A DNA stretch of 64,000 nt from Dehalococcoidia bacterium (GTDB lineage Bacteria > Chloroflexota > Dehalococcoidia > Lucifugimonadales > Australimonadaceae), in the NCBI GenBank assembly GCA_965249325.1, contig CBDFLP010000020.1:65428-129427 (forward strand), in the 5' to 3' direction. Under the pieces are notes generated by a model. It searched no databases. It was not told the origin of the DNA and saw only the letters and a list, made by a program, of their open reading frames with translations. The translations under genes were made by a program, and so were the position numbers. Of the stretch, positions 1-9,439 are shown one piece after another. How positions within the stretch are numbered: position 1 is the stretch's first letter; the number at the start of each line of letters is the position of its first letter.

Positions 1-467
1 TCCCTGTTGAGATTGCGATCAATGGGCGGTCCTATAGCGGTGAGGTCGAACCACGTCAGCTGCTCGTCCACTTCATCCGGGAGAACGCGGAGCTCACCGG
101 CACGAAGGTAGGATGCGACACCAGCCAGTGCGGCAGCTGTACGGTGAAGTTGGACGGCGTCGCGGCGAAGGCGTGCACGGTGCTCACCGTCCAGGCCTCG
201 GGCTCCTCGGTCACGACGATCGAGGGGCTATCGGACGGCGTCAACCTTCACCCGCTCCAGGAAGCGTTCTGGAACAACCACGGTCTGCAATGTGGCTTCT
301 GCACGCCAGGCATGATCATCGCGGCAGACGAGCTGCTGCGGACGAACCCCACGCCGACGCGCGCAGAGATACGCCACGGCCTGGAAGGGAACATCTGCCG
401 TTGTACGGGCTACCAGAACATCGTAAAGGCCGTCGAGGACGCCGCCAGCGCTGCAGGAGGCAAGTAG
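1..467 (+). CDS. [2Fe-2S]-binding small subunit of a CoxSLM / xanthine-dehydrogenase-family molybdoenzyme (5' end outside window)
   Basis: Frame is open from base 3 to TAG at 465-467. Cysteine motifs [19 protein letters not shown] and CRCTGY are typical of the two [2Fe-2S] centres. The stop lies 3 nt before the large-subunit ATG. Confidence 0.9.
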   Translation, partial: PVEIAINGRSYSGEVEPRQLLVHFIRENAELTGTKVGCDTSQCGSCTVKLDGVAAKACTVLTVQASGSSVTTIEGLSDGVNLHPLQEAFWNNHGLQCGFCTPGMIIAADELLRTNPTPTRAEIRHGLEGNICRCTGYQNIVKAVEDAASAAGGK

Positions 468-470
468 GCC

Positions 471-2825
471 ATGACTACGAGAGTATTCACTTCCGGCATC
501 CGCCGCCGCGAGGACCCCAGACTCATCACGGGCCGCGCGTCGTACACCGACGACATCAAGCTGTCGGGGATGGCGCACGCCGCGATTCTCCGCAGCCCAT
601 ACGCGCACGCGTCCATCGTCTCCATCGACACCAGCGCAGCCGCGAGCCAGCCGGGCGTCATCGCGGTCTTCACCGGGGAGGACACGGAAGGCGCCTTGAA
701 TGGGATGCCCTGCGCGTGGCTGATCCCGGGCTCCGACCTCAAGACGCCGGCCCACCCCGCCATCGCCAAGGACAAAGTCCGCTATGTCGGAGACGCTGTC
801 GCGGTGGTGGTGGCGGAGAACCGCTACCAGGCTGAGGACGCCTTGGAGCACATCGCGGTTGAATACGAGCCGCTCGGCACCGTCATCAACCCGAAGGCCG
901 CCGCCCAGGACGGCGCGCCCCAGCTTCACGACGACGTTCCGAACAACGTCGCCTTTACGTGGGCGGTCGCAGGCGGCGACACCGACGCGGCGTTCGAGCA
1001 GGCGGAAGTGACTGTCAGCGACACGATTACGCTCCAGCGCCTCATCGCCAACCCGATGGAGCCGCGCGCGGCAATCGCGCAGTGGTTCGCTCCCATGGGC
1101 GAACTGACGCTCTGGAGCACGTCTCAGAATCCGCACATCGCGCGCTTCCTCACCTCGGTGGTGACGGGTGTGCCGGAGCACAAGATCCGCGTGATCGCCC
1201 CGGAGGTGGGCGGGGGGTTCGGAAGCAAGATTCCGTACTACCCGGACGAGGCCATCACTGCCTTCTGCGCGATGCGGTTGGGCGTGCCGGTCAAGTGGAC
1301 GGAGACCCGCAGCGAGAACTATCAAGTGACGACGCAGGGCCGCGACCACATCGAAGAGGTCGAGATGGCGGCGACCAGCGACGGCAAGATTACCGGCCTT
1401 CGCACGACTGTCTACGCGGGGATGGGAGCGTACCTCTCGACCGCCGGCCCCGGCGTTCCGACGATCCTGCATGGCCTCATGTACTCGGGTGCCTACGACA
1501 TCGCCAACATCAGCGGCACGGTCTACGGCGTGTTCAACAACGGCACGCCCGTGGACGCCTACCGGGGCGCGGGCCGGCCGGAGGCGACGATGCTCATCGA
1601 GCGTCTCGTGGACCTGCTCGCCGCGAAGCTCGGAGCTGACCCCGCGGATCTGCGCCGGAAGAATCTGATCCCCAAGTTCGAGAATGGTCACGACGTGGCT
1701 ACGGGCATCACCTACGACAGCGGAGACTACGAAATCACGCTGGACGCCTGCCTGAATGCCGCCGACTACAGCTCGCTGCGGGCGCAGCAGGGGCAGGCCA
1801 GGGCGGAAGGCCGCTGCGTGGGCATCGGCGTTTCCACCTACGTCGAGATATGCGGTCTCGGCCCTTCGCAGGTGGCGGGCGCCGTGGGGTTCCAGGGCGG
1901 ACTCTGGGAGAGCGCCATCGTCCGCTTCTACCCGACGGGCAAGGTGAACGTCATGGTCGGCTCCTCGCCGCACGGTCAGGGGGAGGAGACCACGTTCGCT
2001 CAGATTGTCGCCAACGAGGTTGGCGTCGAGGTTGACGACGTCGAGGTCATCCACGGCGACACGGACAACACCCCGATGGGATGGGGCACGTACGGGAGCC
2101 GCACCACGGCGGTGTCGGGCGCCGCCGTCGCAGTGGCGACTCGCAAGATCAAGGAAAAGTCGAAGGCGCTGGCCGCGCACCTTCTCGAAGCGGCCGCCGA
2201 GGACATCGAGTACGAGGACGGGCGGTTCTTCGTCAAGGGCTCGCCCGACCAGCACAAGACGATTCAGGACATCGCCCTCATGGCGAACGTGGCGTGGGAC
2301 ATGCCCGAGGGCATGGAGCCGGGTCTGGAGGCCAGCGCGTTCTACGACCCGCCGAACTTCACCTACCCGTTCGGCGCTCACCTTGCCGTCGTTGAGGTGG
2401 ACCCGGCTACAGGCCAGATCGACCTCCAGCAGTACTTCGCGGTGGACGACTGCGGCATTCAGATCAACCCGATGATTGTCGAAGGTCAGGTGCACGGCGG
2501 GATTGCCCAGGGGATAGGACCGGCGCTCTGGGAAGGCGTGGTGTACGACGACGACGGCCAGCCCTTGACCGGAACGATGCTCGACTACGCTCTGCCCCGC
2601 GCCGACGGCCTACCGGATTTTCACGTGGAGTCCACCACGACTCCGTCGCCCCATCACCCGCTGGGCGTGAAAGGCGTGGGAGAAGCGGGCACGATTGCGT
2701 CGACGCCCACGGTCTACAACGCGGTGATGGATGCGTTGAGGCCCTTGGGGGTAACTCGGATCGATATGCCGTTGACCCCGGAGAAGGTCTGGCGGGCGGT
2801 CAACGATGCGCGGAACGGAGGCTAG
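471..2825 (+). CDS. Molybdopterin-binding large subunit, CoxL-like (form II active-site loop AYRGAGR)
   Basis: 784 aa ORF sitting between the small and FAD subunits. It contains VDAYRGAGRPEA and a GVKGVGEAG C-terminal motif, as in the aldehyde oxidase/xanthine dehydrogenase family. Confidence 0.9.
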   Translation: MTTRVFTSGIRRREDPRLITGRASYTDDIKLSGMAHAAILRSPYAHASIVSIDTSAAASQPGVIAVFTGEDTEGALNGMPCAWLIPGSDLKTPAHPAIAKDKVRYVGDAVAVVVAENRYQAEDALEHIAVEYEPLGTVINPKAAAQDGAPQLHDDVPNNVAFTWAVAGGDTDAAFEQAEVTVSDTITLQRLIANPMEPRAAIAQWFAPMGELTLWSTSQNPHIARFLTSVVTGVPEHKIRVIAPEVGGGFGSKIPYYPDEAITAFCAMRLGVPVKWTETRSENYQVTTQGRDHIEEVEMAATSDGKITGLRTTVYAGMGAYLSTAGPGVPTILHGLMYSGAYDIANISGTVYGVFNNGTPVDAYRGAGRPEATMLIERLVDLLAAKLGADPADLRRKNLIPKFENGHDVATGITYDSGDYEITLDACLNAADYSSLRAQQGQARAEGRCVGIGVSTYVEICGLGPSQVAGAVGFQGGLWESAIVRFYPTGKVNVMVGSSPHGQGEETTFAQIVANEVGVEVDDVEVIHGDTDNTPMGWGTYGSRTTAVSGAAVAVATRKIKEKSKALAAHLLEAAAEDIEYEDGRFFVKGSPDQHKTIQDIALMANVAWDMPEGMEPGLEASAFYDPPNFTYPFGAHLAVVEVDPATGQIDLQQYFAVDDCGIQINPMIVEGQVHGGIAQGIGPALWEGVVYDDDGQPLTGTMLDYALPRADGLPDFHVESTTTPSPHHPLGVKGVGEAGTIASTPTVYNAVMDALRPLGVTRIDMPLTPEKVWRAVNDARNGG

Positions 2826-2828
2826 CCC

Positions 2829-3695
2829 ATGTACGCAGCACAGACGACCTACCATCGCGCGAGCTCGGTATCCGAAGCCGTGCAGTTCCTCTCCGGCAAC
2901 GAGGGGGCCAAGGTGCTGGCCGGCGGCCACAGTCTGATTCCGCTCATGAAGCTGCGGCTCGCGTCGCCTGTCGCCCTCGTTGACATCGGGCGCATCGAGG
3001 CGTTGAAAGGCATCTCCGTCGGCGACGGTGGAGTGTCCATCGGCGCGCTGACGACCCACGCGGAGATCGCGGCGTCCGATTTGGTGAAGGAGCACGCGCC
3101 GCTGTTGGCCGAGGCCGCCGCGCTCGTCGGCGACCCCACGGTGCGGAACCGCGGCACCATCGGCGGCAACGTGTCTCACGCGGACCCGGCGTCCGACCTG
3201 CCGACGGTGCTGACGGCGCTGGGCGCGACGTTCAACGTCGTCGGGCCGGGCGGCGAGCGGGCTATCGCGGCGTCCGACTTTCCCACGGGCCTTCTTGAGA
3301 ACGCACTCGAAGAGAACGAGATACTGACCAGCGTATCCGTGCCGTCCGCGTCGGCTGGCTCAGGTTCTGCTTATGTCAAGTTCCCCCACCCGGCCTCACG
3401 CTACGCGGTTGTCGGCGCAGCCGCAGTCGTCTCTGTCGACGGCGGAACGTGCTCGTCCGCGAGCGTCGTCATAGGGGGCGTCGAGGCGACGCCGACTAGG
3501 GCGTCGTCCGTCGAAGCCGCGCTGGCAGGGTCGGACCTGAGCGATGCTGCCCTGGACGCCGCCGCGGAGGCGGTCGCGGGAGACTTTGGCGGGGACCCGA
3601 TCGGCGACATCTTCGCTTCCGCCGAATACCGGAAGGCAATGGCGGCGGTCTACCTGCGCCGCGCTCTCGGCGTCGCCTGCTCCCGAGCAGGCTAA
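2829..3695 (+). CDS. FAD-binding medium subunit (CoxM-like)
   Basis: 288 aa. LAGGHSLIPLMKLR and GTIGGN motifs match the FAD-binding PCMH-type domain. It is tightly coupled to the large subunit with a 3-nt gap. Confidence 0.85.
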   Translation: MYAAQTTYHRASSVSEAVQFLSGNEGAKVLAGGHSLIPLMKLRLASPVALVDIGRIEALKGISVGDGGVSIGALTTHAEIAASDLVKEHAPLLAEAAALVGDPTVRNRGTIGGNVSHADPASDLPTVLTALGATFNVVGPGGERAIAASDFPTGLLENALEENEILTSVSVPSASAGSGSAYVKFPHPASRYAVVGAAAVVSVDGGTCSSASVVIGGVEATPTRASSVEAALAGSDLSDAALDAAAEAVAGDFGGDPIGDIFASAEYRKAMAAVYLRRALGVACSRAG

Positions 3696-3808
3696 CGCGG
3701 AACGCACATGCGAACGAGTAGGCGCGGGGGCAAGGCCTAGCCTGCCCCCGCGCGTCTAGTGAGACCATTCCTTAGACCCGGAGGACGCAGAACTTGGAGG
3801 AGACACGC

Positions 3809-4732
3809 ATGGCTACCACGCCTGCGTCCGTTGACGGGCTGCAAGCGACGCTTCGAGATGAGCTGTACGTCGCCGACCGAGGCTTGGCGATGTCCGTCTA
3901 CCTCGCGTTGACGCTCAAACGTCCGCTGTTCCTGGAAGGCGAGGCGGGCGTGGGCAAGACGGAAGTCGCCAAGGTGCTCGCGTCCGCGCTCGGCGCGCGT
4001 CTCATCCGGCTCCAGTGTTATGAGGGGCTAGACGTGAGCCAGGCGGTCTACGAGTGGAACTACTCGCGCCAGCTTCTCCATATCCGGCTCTTGGAAGCGT
4101 CCGGCGACGTTGACAAAGAGGAGGCCGAGCGCGAGCTGTTCAGCGAGGAGTTCCTCATCAAGCGCCCCCTCCTGCAGGCGCTCGATGGCGGCGCAGGACC
4201 GACGGTCCTCTTGATCGACGAGCTCGACCGCGCCGACGAGGAGTTTGAGGGCTACCTGCTCGAGATGCTGTCGGACTTTCAGATTACGATTCCCGAGATT
4301 GGGACGTACACGGCCGGTGAGCCCCCCGTCGTCGTCATCACCTCGAACCGTACTCGCGAGATTCACGACGCCCTCAAGCGGCGGTGCCTGTACTACTGGA
4401 TCGATTACCCGGACCTCGAAAAAGAGATGCAGATTGTGAGGAGCAAGGTCCCCTCGGCGTCCCAAACGCTGGCCGGTCAGGTCGTCGCCTTCGTCCAAGA
4501 ACTGCGGACGACCGAGCTGTACAAGGTCCCCGGAGTCGCGGAGACGCTCGACTGGACGGCTGCGCTCGTGAGCCTGAACGAGAGTGAGCTCAGCCCGGCA
4601 GTGATCGATGACACCCTGGGCATCATGCTCAAGTACCGCGAGGACGTGCAGGCGGTGCGCGGCGAGCAGACCCGGGCGCTCCTGAACCGCGCCATGAACC
4701 GCGGGACTCAACGCGGCGGTAGGCGTGGATAG
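3809..4732 (+). CDS. MoxR-family AAA+ ATPase (CoxD-like maturation factor)
   Basis: Walker A GEAGVGKT and Walker B LLIDELDRAD. GGAGGAG lies 6 nt upstream of the ATG at 3809; the ORF-track TTG at 3794 is less likely. Confidence 0.85.
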   Translation: MATTPASVDGLQATLRDELYVADRGLAMSVYLALTLKRPLFLEGEAGVGKTEVAKVLASALGARLIRLQCYEGLDVSQAVYEWNYSRQLLHIRLLEASGDVDKEEAERELFSEEFLIKRPLLQALDGGAGPTVLLIDELDRADEEFEGYLLEMLSDFQITIPEIGTYTAGEPPVVVITSNRTREIHDALKRRCLYYWIDYPDLEKEMQIVRSKVPSASQTLAGQVVAFVQELRTTELYKVPGVAETLDWTAALVSLNESELSPAVIDDTLGIMLKYREDVQAVRGEQTRALLNRAMNRGTQRGGRRG

Positions 4733-6077
4733 CTCTCTCCGTCATTCCCGCGAAGGCGAAAACCTCGCCCCGGAAGACGGCCACCTCCTCGACAACCTCT
4801 TGCTGTTCGGACGCCTGCTCAGGCGGCTCGGGCTCGACGTCCACGTCGGAAGGATGTTGGACGCCATCCGCGTGCTGGAGGACATCGGCGTCGCCAGACG
4901 GGCTGACGTCCGATTGGCGCTGCGGACGCTGCTCGTGCACCGGAGAGACGACCTTCCCGTATTCGACGAGGCGTTCGACGTGTTCTGGCGGCAGCGCAAG
5001 GACAGCACGTCGACGATGGACCTGCGTTCGATGGGCGAGCAGCGCCGGTACCGCAGAATCGAGGCCGGCCCGCCTCCGCCCGGCCGGTCGTCCGACGGCG
5101 ACCGCGAGGGGAGCGATGAGCCCGAGGACGCGTTCGACCGAATCGAGCTGACCCGGACGTTCAGCGCCCGCGAGGTGCTGCGGACGAAGGACTTCGCGGA
5201 GTTCACGCCGGAGGAAACGTCGGAGGCAAGGCTGCTGCTGGCCGCTTTGCAGTGGCGTCCCGGCCTCAGGCGCACGCGCCGCAAGCAGCCGGGAAGGGGC
5301 CCGGGGCTTGACCTGCGAAGGACGCTGCGGGAGAACGCGCAGTTCGGTGGGGAGCTGATGCGCTTGACCAGGCAGCGCCGGAAGGAGAAGCCGCGCAGGT
5401 TGGTGGTTGTCTGCGATGTGAGCGGCTCGATGGAGCGGTACACGCGAATGCTGCTCCACTTCATCCACAGCCTGTATGGAGGCCTGGAAAACAAGACCGA
5501 GGCATTCTTGTTCGCGACGCGGCTTACGCGAGTGACGAAGCACCTGGGCCGGCGAGACATCGACCACGCCGTCGCAGAGGTTGCCAAGGCCGTCCCGGAC
5601 TGGTCCGGGGGGACCCGCATCGGTGAGGTCCTCAAGGACTTCAACTTCAAGTGGGCGCGAAGAACGCTTGGCTGGGGGTCGGTGGTCCTCATCGTGTCGG
5701 ACGGGTGGGACCGGGGGGAGCCGGAGCTGCTCGGCCGTGAGATGGCGCGCTTGCAGCGGAACTGCAATCGTTTGATCTGGCTGAACCCTTTGGCGGGCAG
5801 CGAGGACTACGAGCCGTTGACCCAGGGGATGCAGGCCGCCGCGCCGTACATCGACGACTTGCTGCCGGTGAATAACTTGGCTGCTCTGTTCGACCTAGCG
5901 CGCCATCTGAACGTCCTGCCGTCGAGCCGACCGGCGCGTCAGCAGCAGGCCCAACGCTCAGGCGAGGCGGAGAGCCCACTGGCAGCCGGTCCAAGCCAGC
6001 GCTCGTGGCACACGGGCGCGAACCCGACGTTCCGCCATCCGATGTGGGGCCGCGGAACGTCGAATCCCCCTCTCTAA
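4725..6077 (+). CDS. VWA-domain protein (CoxE-like); true start probably near 4780-4800
   Basis: MIDAS-type VVVCDVSGSM, and a CoxE-like N-terminus LLLFGRLLRRLGLDV. The first roughly 20 codons of the ORF are a REP-like hairpin repeat, so the 5' end is uncertain. Confidence 0.75.
   Translation: MDSSLRHSREGENLAPEDGHLLDNLLLFGRLLRRLGLDVHVGRMLDAIRVLEDIGVARRADVRLALRTLLVHRRDDLPVFDEAFDVFWRQRKDSTSTMDLRSMGEQRRYRRIEAGPPPPGRSSDGDREGSDEPEDAFDRIELTRTFSAREVLRTKDFAEFTPEETSEARLLLAALQWRPGLRRTRRKQPGRGPGLDLRRTLRENAQFGGELMRLTRQRRKEKPRRLVVVCDVSGSMERYTRMLLHFIHSLYGGLENKTEAFLFATRLTRVTKHLGRRDIDHAVAEVAKAVPDWSGGTRIGEVLKDFNFKWARRTLGWGSVVLIVSDGWDRGEPELLGREMARLQRNCNRLIWLNPLAGSEDYEPLTQGMQAAAPYIDDLLPVNNLAALFDLARHLNVLPSSRPARQQQAQRSGEAESPLAAGPSQRSWHTGANPTFRHPMWGRGTSNPPL
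4741..4772. repeat. REP-like hairpin repeat (GTCATTCCCGCGAAGGCG...CGCC type), degenerate copy
   Basis: GTCATTCCCGCGAAGGCGAAAACCTCGCC lies in the coxD/coxE-like junction. It resembles copies at 29242, 36657, 54783 and 55251. Confidence 0.6.
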
Positions 6078-6229
6078 CCACCGCCCCCTCTGCAGGGGAG
6101 AGTTGGATGATCCGGTCATAACAACGACACTTGCCAGTTGTCTAATCGCCTACTTCCTCTTACCCTGTCCTGAACACCCCGGCTCCCGGCTCGGACCCCC
6201 TCGGGCCGCTAGCCCAATCCAGAGGAGAA

Positions 6230-6259
6230 ATGTCTCACAATGTCTCTAAATGTCTCACC
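6230..6259 (+). repeat. Three tandem 10-bp direct repeats, ATGTCTC(A/T)(C/A)(A/C)
   Basis: ATGTCTCACA ATGTCTCTAA ATGTCTCACC, read directly from the sequence. Confidence 0.8.
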
Positions 6260-6337
6260 TGGACGAGAAATCGTCCCCTCCCAACGCCGGACTGCAATCG
6301 ATAGCTGGATTCCTGCCCCCTCCCGAGTAGAGACCCC

Positions 6338-7678
6338 GGAAGTGGTGTAACAGAAGGTCTTGGATAAAGAGAGACCACCGCGTCATCCTCACCAATGAGC
6401 AAATCGGTGAAGGAGGTGGCGACGATGGTCAAGCAGAGGATGGACCTTCTGGAGCTCGTGTGCAATCAGGCAGAGGACGCAGACCTGGACTTCTTGAGGG
6501 AGGCGATGGGCGTCCTGGTGCAGGCGATCATGGAGGCTGAGGTGGCCGTGCAGATCGGAGCGGAGCACGGCGAGCGCCCACCCGGCCGGCTGACCCAGCG
6601 CAACGGCTACCGGCCTCGCCCCTGGGACACACGGGTGGGCACGCTGGAGCTCCAGGTCCCCCGGGTGCGCGAGGGCAGTTACTTTCCGACGCTCCTCGAG
6701 CCGCGTCGGCGGAGCGAGCGAGCACTGCTCGCCGTCGTGCAGCAGGCTTATGTGGAGGGCGTCTCCACGCGGAAGGTAGACGCACTCGTGAAGTCGCTGG
6801 GCTGCGAGGGGATCTCCAAGAGCCAGGTCTCGTGTATCTGTCAGGAACTGGACCAGGTGGTGGAGTCGTTTCTGGGTCGACCGCTGGACGGAGGCCCGTA
6901 TCCCTACCTCTGGCTGGACGCCCTCACGCAGAAGGTGCGGGAGGAGGGACGGACTGTGAACGTGAGCGTGGTGGTGGCCACGCGGTGTACACGGAAGGCA
7001 AGCGTGAGATTCTTGGAATGGACGTGGGGACGAGTGAGGACGGCGCTTTCTGGTTGGCCTTCCTGCGCTCACTGGTGGCCCGTGGGCTGAGTGGCGTGCA
7101 ACTCGTCACCTCCGATGCCCACCAAGGGCTGAAGGACGCCATCGCCACCGTCTTCGGCGAGGCCTGCTGGCAGCGGTGTAGGACCCATTTCATGACCAAC
7201 CTGCTGAGCAAAGTGCCGAAGCGAGCGCAACCCTGGGTGGCGACGATGATACGCACCATCTACCAACAGCCCTCGCCGGAAGAGGTCCACGCCCAGCACC
7301 AGCGCGTGGTCGCGCAGCTCGAGGAGCGCTTCCCCGAGGCGGCAGGCCGCTTGGAGGAGGCAGGGGCGGACATCTTGGCCTTCACCGCCTTCCCCGTGGC
7401 CCACTGGAAGCAGGTGTGGTCGAACACCCGCAGGAACGGCTGAACAAGGAGATCAGGCGCCGCACGGACGTGGTGGGCATCTTCCCGAATCGGGCCGCCG
7501 TCCAGCGCCTCATCGGCGCGGTGTTGGCCGAGCAGCACGACGAGTGGCAGGTCGGCCGGCGCTATCTCGCCGCGCCTGTCTTGGACGGGGGGACCGCAGA
7601 CCGCATCGAGGACCCGCTGTTGCTGCCCGCAGGGGCGGCTTGATTAGACCCCGAGGATGACGCTCCTACACCACTTGA
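6338..7678 (+). mobile_element. IS256-family insertion sequence, decayed
   Basis: About 1.34 kb. Terminal inverted match AAGTGGTGTA (6340-6349) / TACACCACTT (7667-7676), plus a subterminal inverted match GCGTCATCCTC (6380-6390) / GAGGATGACGC (7653-7663). It encloses a mutator-type transposase. Confidence 0.8.
6395..7643 (+). pseudogene. IS256/mutator-type transposase split over three frames by two 1-nt frameshifts
   Basis: Three pieces read continuously as an IS256-type transposase only after frame changes near 6980 and 7425: ...VSVVVAT | AVYTEGKREILGMDVGTSEDGAFWLAFLRSL...DAHQGLKDAI...AHWKQVWS | [22 protein letters not shown]. Confidence 0.8.
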
Positions 7679-7699
7679 CGGGACGTGACCCCCTCCCGC

Positions 7700-7972
7700 T
7701 CCGGCATCCTGCTCCAAGCCCCCTCCCGTGCTCTATAGCTCGCCGCCGCCTATAGAGGAAGACAAGGAATGACCGAATCGTGTTTTTCACGCTTAACACG
7801 CATTCTTAATCGCGGGAAGCAGGCCGTGGCCTGCTGGAAGCCCCTCTTTAAGAAGATGAGGGTCCCCCTTTCAGCGTCATAAGGCCTTTCGTAACAAGTA
7901 AAAATCCTCATCGAGAAGCTGATTTGCCACCGAAAATCTCACCCGAAAGGGAGACCCTCCCATCTCTCTAAC
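7700..7972 (+). repeat. Structured intergenic element, copy 1 (left part disrupted by the IS256)
   Basis: Collinear with 54861-55180. Shared blocks include CCAAGCCCC..CTCTATA..TATAGAG, CGTGTTTT(T)CAC, AAGCAGGCCGTGGCCTGCT, CCCCTTTCAGCG, GAAGCTGATTTGCCACCGAA and ACCCGAAAGGGAGACCCTC. Confidence 0.8.
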
Positions 7973-8150
7973 TCTCGCCCACAGACGGGGGAAGAGGACC
8001 ATATCGTAGTGTTATACTCGTTCCACGACGATAGCCGCGCCTGTTCGGCCCGTTGGCCGACCTGCGTCGTCTCCTTGGATCCGTAGGCATTGGTGGGCCG
8101 GTCTAGGTGGAACGCCAGACCGGCGGCGGTTGTTATCCGCAGGAGGAATC

Positions 8151-9431
8151 ATGCTCAGCATCAAAGAGAACGAGGAGCTCACGCAGGTCAGCGCGGGCAC
8201 GCCGATGGGCGAGCTCATGCGGCGGTACTGGCATCCCATCGCCGCCGTCCCGGAGCTTAGCGAACGCCCCACCAAGTCCGTTCGGCTCCTAGGCGAGGAC
8301 CTCGTCCTCTACCGTGACAAGTCCGGCACGTACGGCCTCATCGACCGGTTCTGCCCCCACCGCCGCGTCGACCTCTCCTACGGTATCCCGGAGGAGCACG
8401 GCCTTCGCTGCATGTATCACGGCTGGATGATGGACGAGACCGGTCAGTGCATCGAGCAGCCATTCGAGGAGACCGTCCACCCCGACGGACGCTTCAAGGA
8501 GAAGGTCAAGATTGCGGGCTACCCTGTCGAGGCGTGCGGAGGCCTTATCTTCGCCTACCTCGGCCCGTCCCCTGCGCCGCTGCTGCCCCGCTGGGAGTGG
8601 CTGGTGGAAGAGCACGCCTTCCGGCAGGTGAACTTCCTGGAGCTGCCCTGCAACTGGCTGCAATGCCAGGAGAACTCCCTCGACCCGACGCACCTCGAAT
8701 GGCTCCACAACTACTGGGGGAGATACCAGCGCGAGCTAGCCGGCGACACGGACTCCACCGAGCGGCCTCATCTCCGGCACCAGAAGATCGGGTTCGACGT
8801 CTTCGACTACGGCATCATCAAGCGCCGCGTCTTCAGCGGTTACACCGAGGAAGACGGCGACTGGGCTGTGGGCCATCCGGTGCTCTTCCCCAACATCCTC
8901 TCGAACCCCAGCCAGTTCCGTGTGCCCATCGACGACACCCACACGCTCCACGTGGACTACGTCTCACGCAAGCTCAGCGCGGACATGCCCGCCCCGCCGC
9001 CCGAGGAGATCGAGGTGTACCACCCGCCTTTGGTCGGGGACGACGGGCGGCACATCGTCAACTACACCTTCGGGCAGGACTACATGGCCTGGGTCAGCCA
9101 AGGACCGACGGCGCGGCGCGACCGCGAGAAGTTGGGAGAGTCGGACAAGGGAATCATCCTCTTCCGGAAGCAGCTCAAGGAGCAGATGGCCATCGTGCAG
9201 GACGGCGGCGACCCGATGAACGTGCTCCGTGATCCCACCACGAACGTGTGCATAGAGCTGCCTAACGAGGCCAAGGCAAGGGCCATGGGGATGCGCTCCG
9301 GACGAGGCGCCGGCGCACCCGGGCAGAACGAAGTGCCCGCGTGGATGAACCCCGCGCCGTGGGCGGGATTCGGCATGAAGTATTACCTCGACCGCGTCAA
9401 TGAGGAGAGCGGCCTGACCCCTGCCACCTAG
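8151..9431 (+). CDS. Rieske [2Fe-2S] non-heme-iron oxygenase, alpha-subunit type
   Basis: Rieske motif CPHRRVDL...CMYHGW and mononuclear-iron motif DPTHLEWLH. AGGAGG lies 5 nt before the ATG at 8151. It is a paralog of 24896-26188. Confidence 0.85.
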   Translation: MLSIKENEELTQVSAGTPMGELMRRYWHPIAAVPELSERPTKSVRLLGEDLVLYRDKSGTYGLIDRFCPHRRVDLSYGIPEEHGLRCMYHGWMMDETGQCIEQPFEETVHPDGRFKEKVKIAGYPVEACGGLIFAYLGPSPAPLLPRWEWLVEEHAFRQVNFLELPCNWLQCQENSLDPTHLEWLHNYWGRYQRELAGDTDSTERPHLRHQKIGFDVFDYGIIKRRVFSGYTEEDGDWAVGHPVLFPNILSNPSQFRVPIDDTHTLHVDYVSRKLSADMPAPPPEEIEVYHPPLVGDDGRHIVNYTFGQDYMAWVSQGPTARRDREKLGESDKGIILFRKQLKEQMAIVQDGGDPMNVLRDPTTNVCIELPNEAKARAMGMRSGRGAGAPGQNEVPAWMNPAPWAGFGMKYYLDRVNEESGLTPAT

Positions 9432-9439
9432 ATAGGGGC

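Noticed and set aside
228-2495. Very long ORFs antisense to, or out of frame with, real genes. Examples are 228-2495 (-), 24989-26152 (-), 34623-36587 (-), 37766-39034 (+), 51635-52714 (+), and the N-terminal extensions of 45598-47496 and 44075-45307.
   Set aside because: They are Arg/Ala/Gly/Pro-rich with no motifs and fully overlap genes that have strong family signatures. Stop-codon-poor antisense frames are expected in very GC-rich DNA.
6395-7643. Programmed ribosomal frameshifting in the transposase.
   Set aside because: IS256-family transposases are normally a single ORF. Here there are two breaks and no slippery heptamer, so decay or sequence error is the simpler explanation.
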